A stretch of DNA of 64,000 bases from Eledone cirrhosa (taxonomy: Eukaryota): positions 311,426,001-311,490,000 of the forward strand of contig OZ024743.1 of NCBI GenBank assembly GCA_964016885.1, read 5' to 3'. Each line of letters begins with the position of its first letter. Within the stretch, counting starts at the first letter, position 1. The notes beneath the pieces are model-generated. The model did no database searches and had not been told where the DNA came from. It saw only the letters and a list, made by a program, of their open reading frames with translations. Shown piece after piece: positions 20,507 to 32,997 of the stretch. The position numbers and the translations under genes are program-made.

Positions 20507-21486
20507 GCTGGTGAATTCGAGAAGGAGAGGGGTGCCCTTCCCGGGTGCCCTAGGAGCGTCGGGTGGCTCAGGACTGGTGGGGTGCTTGAGTCAACCCTGG
20601 GTGGTGATCCCTCTTATTGGGGAACTTTCATTGTTGTATTTTTATTGTTATTTTGTTTTTTTGTTATTTATACTTACTCGATCTCTATGTAAACCCCCAC
20701 TGTCCCTGTCTATTGTGTTGTCCCCTATATGTCGGCCCTTGTGGCCAATAAATGAAATCATTATTATTATTATTATTATTATTGTTATTGTTATTAATGT
20801 ATGTGTGTGTGTATATGTGTGTGTGTATGTGTATGTATGTGTGTATGTATATATGTATGTATGTATATATATATATATATATATATATTTCTTTTCTTTT
20901 TTTATTTATTTATTTATTATTATTATTTTTTTTTTTTTTTTCTTCTTGTGCAATGGCCATACTCGATAACGAGGGGGCAGCCATCATGTACGTATATATT
21001 ATGTATATACATATATGATGTGTGTGTATGGAAAGGAAGAAGCATTACGGTGATATGAATGTTTGGTTTTTTAAAATGATAGATTGGTTGTTTTATAAAA
21101 GGTTAGTTCTGTAGGGAGCTATGTAGATTTATAGGCAGAATGATGGATGAAGAATGAAAGGGACAGCATTAAAGATTGGTTATTATGTAAGAATTAAGGA
21201 TATTTACATGAAAGATCTTAGCGTTGCGATGCTGGACGACGGTATTGATCGATATAGCTAGATGGATACGTGTGGAGTTAACTATGTATTTATATATTAA
21301 TCAATCATCCTAGAACAAAACGTATCACAGATTTAAATATGAAATCAAATTATATTGATTACCAGCCCTTGATGTTCGATGAAATAATCACCAATTATAA
21401 TATTGGGGTCGATTTAAAAGCAAACATCCGAGCTCTAAATGTGCACAGCTGTATATCAAGGTAGGAGTTGATTGCTGTTGTTGCAT

Positions 21487-21666
21487 TGGCAGTATCGGTA
21501 GAGGGTCGGACGCCATGCTTTGACGCATAGAGTTACGGCCCTTGCCATTCTGAGTTCAAATCCCGCCGAGGTTAACTTTGCCTTTCATCCTTACGGGGTC
21601 GATAAAATAAAGTACCAGTAATACACTGGGCAATTGCTGGCCTTGTGCCAAAAGTAGAAACAATTA
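21487..21666 (+). mobile_element. tRNA-derived SINE, family A
   Basis: A box TGGCAGTATCGG, B box GAGTTCAAATCCC, body CCTTTCATCCTTACGGGGTCGATAAAATAAAGTACCAG, tail GGCCTTGTGCC..AGAAACAATT; many copies in window. Confidence 0.85.
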
Positions 21667-21849
21667 ATTTTTCTTTCCTGTCAGTAATTCGAATTGCCAG
21701 AATTATTTGATGCGCTGAACTATGACAAATAGTATTATTAAAGTTCGCTCCCTTACATCTTCAGATCTCGCTAGAGTTAAAGCTGTCTTTCAGTCTTCTG
21801 TGGAATCTATAGAATAAATACTAGTAATATTCTTTTTTTCTTTTAATGA

Positions 21850-22137
21850 TTTCAGTCATTAGGCTGCGATCATACAGAGGCATCATCTTGAAAGTTTTAA
21901 CCGACCATATCGACCATAATAATTTTTTTCCTAATCTTTTATGTCAAATCATTAAGTTATGGGGCATAAACATTAGCACACACGCAGTTTCCGCCCACCA
22001 AATTTCATGCAAAAAGCATTAGTCAACCCGAGTCTGTAGTAGAAGACACTTGCCCAAAGTGACGCAAAGCAAGACTAAACATGACGACACGTTGCTACGA
22101 ATTGATCTCCTTAACCACACAGCTATGCTTGTGCCTA
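21850..22137 (-). mobile_element. Decayed SINE of a second (CORE-like) family
   Basis: GAAGACACTTGCCCAA motif and CTTAACCACACAGC head on minus strand; related pieces near 35327-35420, 41670-41790, 52190-52320 and 54165-54270. Confidence 0.55.
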
Positions 22138-22692
22138 ATGATCAATTAAATTTAATATATCATTTCCATACAAAAAAAACAAAAACAGTTTAAGTCTCTG
22201 TTATCATATTTCTAATAAAAGACTCTGCTATTGGTTTTGAAGTAATTTTGAAAGTAATTACGAATTTGGAGAGATTTAGTTATATAACCACATTTCCCAT
22301 TATAATGCTGGTGTTTGAAAAATAGCTTAATAAAGATTCTTTTATAAAATTATGATGGAAGATTATTAGATAAATATAAACACACCAAAATAAAAAGTCT
22401 TGTATCATAACACCATGACCAGTTTCACACAGTTTGTTGCCAAAGGGTTAACTGTTAACGTTTACATAACCTGTCAATACACCTGTCAGTACACCATGAT
22501 CATGAACCATTTTGTTAAATCAGCAAAACTTGTGTCTATCACTTTTATTCTAGATTTCATGCCTAAATATATTAAGTTGATTACAAACGCGGAAATAAGT
22601 GAAATAATGAAAGTAATGACACTTGAAATATTTTAATTTTATAACTGTTTACAGTGGTGGTGGGGGCTGGGGCTGTATTTACAACTCACTGT

Positions 22693-22890
22693 TTAAGGGT
22701 TAGTTCGCCTCGTGGTCCCGCTGGACAGAATGGAAAGGGCATTGTACCGGAGGATGGAACAACCACTCCAGTTTGCCTCGATAGCAGTGAGTAGGGATGT
22801 GGTCCGGGGTCCAAGAACGGCGGGAGTCTCCACTGTCACAGGCTTGAGCAGAGACCTATACGAGAGCGACCGATTTCTCATATTACGAAG
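22693..22890 (-). pseudogene. CRE-clade (RLE) retrotransposon 3' fragment
   Basis: Translates VETPAVLGPRTTSLLTAI..NALSILS, homologous to the C-terminus of 33452..34666. Confidence 0.75.
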
Positions 22891-23173
22891 CGTCTCTGCT
22901 GTTGGTTTCTGACTGCCACATATGTTGATTTATCTCCCATGTATTGAAGTGATCCCCTATATTGAGGCAAGCCTATATCCTTAATGTATCGCCAGATTTC
23001 TCATTAATTCGGTGTTTTCTTTCTTTTAGCTTAGCATCCTGTCGGGATTTAACACAGAACAACTAAAAACAGATTTGTTAATTCAAACGTTTATATTATC
23101 TTTACTAATTGAGTGATCGTTGTAAAAAGTTGTAACGTTAGTGTAAATACTTTGATATGATAGTCATAGTAAG

Positions 23174-23385
23174 GGCGGTGGAATGGCAGCTTCGGTAGGG
23201 CATTGGGTAACATAATTTGTGGCATGTAGTTATGGCCCTTTACATTTTGAGTTCAAATCCCGTCGAGATTAACCTTGCTTTTCATCACTCAGGAATCGAT
23301 AAAATAAAATACCGATAATGCACTGGGGTCAATTTAGTCAACTTTCCCTTTCCCTTCAAATTGCTGGCTTTATGCCAAAAAATAT
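23174..23385 (+). mobile_element. SINE family A, diverged copy
   Basis: GGCGGTGGAATGGCAG head, GAGTTCAAATCCC B box, TTGCTGGCTTTATGCC tail. Confidence 0.75.
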
Positions 23386-24239
23386 AAATAAATACGATAT
23401 TGTTAGTACTGCTGTGTAGTTTTATTAAGAATATCTTGCTAATGTGCCTTCATGTGTTAATATCTCCTTGTCTTCTTATCAATTGATTACTATTCAGCAC
23501 ACTTTCGACTGTTGTGTATACATTTTACAAAGGATTTTGCAAGAACATTCTAACAATATGTTGTTCATATTACATGTAGCTATAATCAGTACATAACTGT
23601 AAATTCTTATATATTTATCTTTGAAATATCGTTTCTACATTGTATTTAACACCATGTTATCTCATAATTAGTATTGTGGAGATACTTTAACACAACTGTT
23701 TGTATGGATTGTCACATCTAAAGTTGTTATACCCTTGGGTGCATTATGTATATTGTTGCAGTTTCCTGTTCCACACTTACAAAACTCATGCCCTTCACTG
23801 TGAGAATTAATACAACTGCTGATCAAAAGCAAACTACTCTGCTTCTTATTTGTTATGTATGTATGTATATAATTATTCATATATGTATGTATATATAAAT
23901 ATTCATATATGTATGTATATATGTATTTATATATGTATGTATATATGTATATATGTATGTATATGATGAGATGTATATGGAGAGATGACCTCTTAGCCTT
24001 TGTCAAGGCAGAATTCTAGGAGAAGGAAAACTCTGATATAACACCTGCAACTCTGATGGTATCCAATGATGTTGACTTGTTCTTCTTTTTGGTAAATATC
24101 ATCTTGGTTAAGAGAGTGGGACTGGCTTTGTGCAGTGCCTTTGCTCACTATAAAAGCTTCACGGCACAGGCATTGCTTTATATCTGGAGATCTCTCTGCA
24201 CTTGTCATCACATGGTACCATGGGTCCAGCACTATGTGT

Positions 24240-24390
24240 CAATAATTGTCACAAGTGTAGTGTTTGTACCAGAGTTTTCAAGTCGCTGGCTGGACTTAAA
24301 AGTCACACTCGTTCAGCGCATCGGTAGGGGTTCTCCTACATGGATATAAAGTAGTGGCCGTACTCGAAAACGAGTTGGCAGCCACCATAT
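24240..24390 (+). pseudogene. RTE-like LINE 3' end (C2H2 finger + 3'UTR hairpin)
   Basis: Translates CSVCTRVFKSLAGLKSHTRSAHR*, matching the last finger of the RTE at 58902; followed by CTCG-AAAA-CGAG hairpin. Confidence 0.7.
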
Positions 24391-24429
24391 ATGTATGTAT
24401 ATATGTATGTAATCTGAGTTTTTCGAATA

Positions 24430-24615
24430 TTAATAATTGTTTCTACTTTTGGCACAAGGCCAGCAATTATCCCAGTGTATTACTGGCGCTCTATTTTATC
24501 GACCCCGTAAGGATGAAAGGCAAAGTTAACCTCGGCGGGATTTGAACTCAGACCATAAAGGGCTGTAACTCTTTGCTGCAAAGCATGGCGTCAGACCCTC
24601 TACCGATACCGCCAA
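24430..24615 (-). mobile_element. SINE family A
   Basis: Reverse complement of the 21487 copy. Confidence 0.85.
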
Positions 24616-24838
24616 TTAATAATAATATTCGATTCGTTTGCAATTATGCAATTATGCAAACAACATCTTTTATATATGTATGTATGGATTTCCTCTCTTT
24701 ACGTTGCTTCACTCTTCGTATCTGTTTACATTTTTTCTCTCACTCTCCACCCCCCCTTTTTTTATCCCAATAATTTATTGATATATATTCATCCTTATCG
24801 AGCCCTCTTTGGATTTTAGTCTTCAAATTTATTATTAT

Positions 24839-24886
<48 letters not shown>

Positions 24887-24893
<7 letters not shown>

Positions 24894-25374
24894 TTAAAAC
24901 AATGAAATAAAAATTCAAGTCATTAGGAAAATACTTCACTGCTTTACGATCGTTTCTAGGTGATAATAATACATGGTACCCATATTTCGTTATCGATCTA
25001 TGTAAGGTTAGTTACAAAATATCAGACAAGGAGAATATTTACCTACTTGTATATCATCAGCTGTTGTCAAAAGCTTTTGACAACAGCTGATGATATACAA
25101 GTAGGTAAATATTCTCCTTGTCTGATATTTTGTAACTAACCTTACATAGATCGATAACGAAATATGGGTACCATGTATTATTATCACCTAGAAACGATCG
25201 TAAAGCAGTGAAGTATTTTCCTAATGACTTGAATTTTTATTTCATTGTTTTAACTTATATCATGACTCAGTTTTTTTTGTTTTCCGGGATTTATTTTAAC
25301 CTACAACATTATCAACATATGGATTACATTGAGTTCTTCATGCAGACTAGACCCCATAGCTAACTGTGGATAAT

Positions 25375-25380
<6 letters not shown>
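24887..25380. mobile_element. Fold-back element in (TA)n: spacerless ~374-bp palindrome + 120-bp extension (Penelope-like)
   Basis: 24887-25073 is the reverse complement of 25074-25260, centred on AAG/CTT; flanked by (TA)n on both sides. Confidence 0.7.
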
Positions 25381-25411
<31 letters not shown>

Positions 25412-25550
25412 TTAGGTTTGTTGGTTCGCCACTGGATAGAATTGGTCATTCCGTATGGTCAATCTCGATGTAATATTATGGAGAGTACTCAACGTAATGC
25501 ATCTCAACCGTCTTCGTTTGTGTAGTTGGTGGTGCGAGTACGGAGTTAAT

Positions 25551-25788
25551 TATTATAATAAAATAACAGGAGGCCGAACTTGTGTAAATTCTTGAAAGGT
25601 TTATTATACTATGATCATTTCAATGACCGGGTTCCGTATGAATTTTATCTGTTATATTCCTTTCTTATATTTCGAATACATGATGATATCACCGGATTCA
25701 TACGGAACCCGGTCATTGAAATGATCATAGCATAATAAACCTTTCAATGATTGACACAAGTCCAGCTTCCTGTCGTTTTATTATAATA
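25551..25788. repeat. Imperfect inverted repeat, ~93-bp arms, ~52-bp spacer
   Basis: 25551-25643 pairs with 25696-25788; degenerate hammerhead-like core ATGATGA..GGAACCCGGTC. Confidence 0.8.
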
Positions 25789-25805
25789 TATATATATAGA
25801 GAGAG

Positions 25806-26164
25806 AGAGAATTAGTATATTTACCAACATATGCGTACAGATGTACACTAATGCTAGCAAATACATAAGTTATGTCATAGTACCTAAGTGGTTCTATGCA
25901 GGGGGATGCAGAACAATTATATGAAAGACGTAAATTAAGAAAATTTTAAAAATTAAAAATTAACTTACTTACTAAAATTTTCACTCCAACTAATTAGTTT
26001 CTGTAATGGGATAAATATAGTTACGCAATGTAACTATCGAGAATTCATTATAATTGTTCTGCATCCCCCTGCATAGAACCACCTAGGTACTATGACATAA
26101 CTTATGTATTTGCTAGCATTAGTGTACATCTGTACGCATATGTTGGTAAATATACTAATTCTCT
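25806..26164. repeat. Inverted repeat, ~116-bp arms; same family as 50745-51147
   Basis: 25806-25921 pairs with 26049-26164; spacer and arms both match the 50745-51147 element. Confidence 0.85.
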
Positions 26165-26220
26165 ATATTTATCTCCAAATTATCTATTTGTTGAGCAAAC
26201 TTGCCAAATCCACTGCTTTG

Positions 26221-27015
26221 TTCAACTCTGACAAAGGAACGTTGTACTATTTTCAAGCTTATTAGCTATCGTCAGCAACGTATACCTTCCTGCCAGATTG
26301 TTGAATGCATAAGGTAAGTATATACGTTCAACAATCTGGCAGGAAGGTATACGTTGCTGACGATAGCTAATAAGCTTGAAACTAATACAGCGTTCCTTTG
26401 TCAGTGTTGAACAAATGAGCAACGATGGTTGCTAGACACTACGGCTTAATACGGGATGTTTGTTTACAAACACACCGAGCACTATAATAAATGTTCGGTG
26501 AATCCATACGTACATATATATATGTGTGCATGTATGTATATATATACATACTACTGGACGTCTGTATACATATATGTATGTAAGTGTACATATTTATATT
26601 TATTAACAGCCGTACTAAGAGTGGGAAATGAAATTTCGTTTCGTTTTTTCCGTTTATCGTTTTCGGTGCACCCGGCCGATTAACCCACTCGATATGCAAA
26701 TTGGCTACTCAGCCGTTAATATGCATAAGGTAAGTATATACGTTCAACAATCTGGCAGGAAGGTATACGTTGCTGACGATAGCTAATAAGCTTGAAACTA
26801 GTACAGCGTTCCTTTGTCAGTGTTGAACAAACTAGCAACGATGGTTGCTAGACACTACGGCTTAATACGGGATGTTTGTTTACAAACACACCGAGCATTA
26901 TAATAAATGTTCGGTGAATCCATACGTACATATATATATGTGTGCATGTATGTATATATATATACATACTACTGTACGTCTGTATACATATATGTATGTA
27001 CGTGTACATACTTAT
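26221..27015. mobile_element. Penelope-like pseudo-LTR array: one inverted partial copy + two direct copies (period 416 bp)
   Basis: 26221-26305 inverted; direct repeats start ATGCATAAGG at 26305 and 26721; each carries a hammerhead motif. Confidence 0.8.
26767..26809 (+). ncRNA. Minimal type I hammerhead ribozyme motif
   Basis: Helix I ACGTTG/CAGCGT, core CTGACGA, helix II AGCT-AATA-AGCT, GAAA, palindromic ACTAGT helix III, GUA triplet; sister copies 26351-26393 (+) and 26239-26281 (-). Confidence 0.8.
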
Positions 27016-27030
27016 ATTTATATATATATA

Positions 27031-27101
<71 letters not shown>

Positions 27102-27152
27102 TTATTTATATATATATTTATTTATATATTTATATATATATATTTATATATT

Positions 27153-27184
<32 letters not shown>

Positions 27185-27370
27185 TATATATTTATATATA
27201 TATATATTTATATATATATTTATATATATATATATTTATATATATATTTATATATATTTATATATATATATTTATATATATATATATTTATATATTTATA
27301 TATATTTATATATTTATATATATTTATATATTTATATATATATTTATATAATATATATATATTTATATAA
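27015..27370. repeat. (TA)n/TATATT microsatellite
   Basis: Direct reading. Confidence 0.95.
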
Positions 27371-27770
27371 TATATAAGATCAAAAGATGGTTAAAGGAGT
27401 TCCATGTATTTTATTATGCGCATTTCAAAAACAAACATCATCATGCAATAATATTTGTTTTCATCAGATAAAACAGGAGAACATGATATGAAGGCTAAAA
27501 AACACTTCTGGATAGTGCAGTTTTAAATCAACATATCCACAAGTGTTTTTTAGCCTTCATATCATGTTCTCCTGTTTTATCTGATGAAAACACAAATATT
27601 ATTGCATGATGATGTTTGTTTTTGAAATGCGCATAATGAAATACATGGAACTACTTCAACCATCTTTTGATCTTATATATTATGTATACTCCAGTCCTAC
27701 AAACTGTAGAGTGCTTCTTATCCGATATCTGCATTGCTTTATTGTACTACAATAAAACTCACCTCCTACA
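27370..27770. mobile_element. Fold-back Penelope-like element with hammerhead, copy 1
   Basis: ~150-bp arms 27370-27680, 90-bp extension with AATAAA, (TA)n both sides; hammerhead at 27573-27643. Confidence 0.8.
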
Positions 27771-27778
27771 TATATATT

Positions 27779-27811
<33 letters not shown>

Positions 27812-27993
27812 ATATATTTATATATTTATATATATATATATGCAAAAGTTCTATTTAAAATTGTTGGGATACAACAAGTAAATAATTTTATAACTGATAT
27901 AAAGCACTCGACAAGTATTTGGAGTAGATATACGATATATGTATAATGAAATAAATATGGTTTTATAAATATAGTTTCCATTTATTAATATCG

Positions 27994-28024
<31 letters not shown>

Positions 28025-28033
28025 ATATATTTA

Positions 28034-28440
28034 ATATATAAGATCAAAAGATGGTTAAAAGAGTTCCATGTATTTTATTATGCGCATTTCAAAAACAAAT
28101 ATCATCATGCAATAACATTTGTGTTTTCATCAGATAAAATAGGAAGACATGATATGAAGGTTAAAATACACTTGTGAATAGTGCAGGTTTTAAATCAACT
28201 GCACTATTCACAAGTGTATTTTAACCTTCATATAATGTCTTCCTATTTTATCTGATGAAAACACAAATGTTATTGCATGATGATATTTGTTTTTGAAATG
28301 CGCATAATAAAATACATGGAACACTTTAACCATCTTTTGATCTTATATATTATGTATACTGCAGTCCTACAAACTGTAGAGTGCTTCTTATCCGATATCT
28401 GCATTGCTTTATTGTACTACAATAAAACTCACCTCCTACA
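28034..28440. mobile_element. Fold-back Penelope-like element with hammerhead, copy 2
   Basis: Same architecture and sequence family as 27370-27770. Confidence 0.8.
28244..28314 (+). ncRNA. Type I hammerhead ribozyme motif
   Basis: Helix I TATTTTAT/ATAAAATA, CTGATGA (28252-58), long helix II, GAAA (28295-98), palindromic ATGCGCAT helix III, AUA triplet. Confidence 0.75.
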
Positions 28441-28817
28441 TATATATATATTTATATATTTAGATATTTATATATATATTTATATATATATATATATTTA
28501 TATATTTATACATTCATATATATATATATATATATTTATTTATATATTCATATATATATATATATATTTATTTATATATTCATATATATATATATATATA
28601 TATATATAGATATATACATATATATATATATATATATATTTATATATTCATATATATATATATATATATATATAGTATATATATTTATTTATATATTCAT
28701 ATATATATATATATATTTATTTATATATTCATATATATATTCATATATATATATATATATATATATTTATTTTATATATTCATATATATATATAATATTT
28801 ATATATATATTTATATA

Positions 28818-28865
<48 letters not shown>

Positions 28866-28916
28866 TTATTTATATATTCATATATATATATATATATATA
28901 TATATTTATTTATATA

Positions 28917-28965
<49 letters not shown>

Positions 28966-29003
28966 TTATATATTCATATATATATTATATATTTATTTAT
29001 ATA

Positions 29004-29047
<44 letters not shown>

Positions 29048-29110
29048 GTATATGTGTGTGTGTGTGTGTATGTAAGTATGTATGTATGTATGTATGTATG
29101 TATGTATGTA

Positions 29111-29160
<50 letters not shown>

Positions 29161-29170
29161 TGTGTGTATG
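28441..29170. repeat. (TA)n, (TATG)n and (TG)n microsatellites
   Basis: Direct reading. Confidence 0.95.
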
Positions 29171-29521
29171 CATTTTCTATCTTTCTCTTAATTTACAGTT
29201 TGTTTTTCATCGGCGCCCTTTTTTTAATTTAGGCAGAGGGTCGACAATTTGGGGAAGGGAAAGTCGGTTGTACCCAACCAGTAGTCGACCAGTACATTAT
29301 TTTATCGTCGTCGGAAGAATGAAAGTTAAAATTTGACATCAGTGTGATTTGAGTTGAGAACGTAAATGTGTGTGTGTTCGCGTCAGGCAATATGTGTGTG
29401 TGTCTGCGTGTGTATACACATAATTGTATCGGATTCCAGCTGCTAATCACTTCACTATGTCGGCCGTCACAAACACTCATAGCCGGCATGGGCTAGGGTT
29501 TGGATTCTGTCGATCGATTGG

Positions 29522-29721
29522 NNNNNNNNNNNNNNNNNNNNNNNNNNNNNNNNNNNNNNNNNNNNNNNNNNNNNNNNNNNNNNNNNNNNNNNNNNNNNNN
29601 NNNNNNNNNNNNNNNNNNNNNNNNNNNNNNNNNNNNNNNNNNNNNNNNNNNNNNNNNNNNNNNNNNNNNNNNNNNNNNNNNNNNNNNNNNNNNNNNNNNN
29701 NNNNNNNNNNNNNNNNNNNNN
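29522..29721. other. Assembly gap (200 N)
   Basis: Run of N. Confidence 1.
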
Positions 29722-32381
<2,660 letters not shown>

Positions 32382-32397
32382 GAAATGGCTGGGAAAG

Positions 32398-32972
32398 CGA
32401 AGGAAGGAGGGAAGGAAAGCAAAGGGGAAGAAAAGAGACACAGTAACAAAATAGCGAGAAAAAAACACAAATCGATCAACGTGCGAGCAACTATAGGTAG
32501 GAAATCAAAGACCACTCGATAATAGAGTTCGAGACCGAGTAATCGAGAGAAACAAGAAAACACGTCCGATCGCCGCAGTTGTAAGTGAGAAGAGAATTGC
32601 TAAATTGTCAGACGAGGGGTTGGAAGTGAGAGGGAGAAAGGGAGAGGAAGAAAGTGGGGTAAGAGTAGATAGGGAGAAAGGGAGGGGAAGAAAGAGGGGT
32701 GAGACTAGAAAGTGGTGAAATAGGAAGGTAGAAGGGGAGAGAAGAATGGTCACAGCGAAAAACATGATGAAATATATGGAGAATAGAAATGGCTGTGTAG
32801 TCGCTATTTAAGGTAACTTAAAATGCAGTGGGAATACAAAGAAAGAAAGAACAGGGGGAGGGGGAGTTTTTCTCATCAGTTGTCTACTGGGGGTCTAGGA
32901 TATTTCTACGCTTTAAAGACACGATACCACTTCACCCCAAGGTATCAATAACTGAATAAGTTATTCTGAAAA
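32398..32972. repeat. Purine-rich ~575-bp repeat unit, intact copy
   Basis: CGAAGGAAGGAGGGAAGGAAAGCAA recurs at 32973; the rest of the unit recurs at 34811-35147 after the CRE insertion. Confidence 0.8.
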
Positions 32973-32997
32973 CGAAGGAAGGAGGGAAGGAAAGCAA

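Larger units (their letters stand above)
14938..20795 (+). mobile_element. Tx1/L1-clade retrotransposon, full-length copy 4 (last in array)
   Basis: Same 5' start; ends (ATT)8 GTT ATT GTT ATT running into TG/TA microsatellite. Confidence 0.97.

Noticed and set aside
1-20795. LTR retrotransposon or prokaryotic retron/group II intron interpretation of the RT
   Set aside because: APE endonuclease N-terminal to RT, no protease/integrase/LTRs, and a simple-repeat tail indicate a non-LTR element
21487-21570. tRNA-like A/B boxes as true tRNA genes
   Set aside because: No complete cloverleaf seen and always fused to the same SINE body
32870-32885. CTGATGA on the minus strand as a hammerhead (also plus-strand 45016 and 52173)
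   Set aside because: No helix II/GAAA/cleavage triplet in the right arrangement
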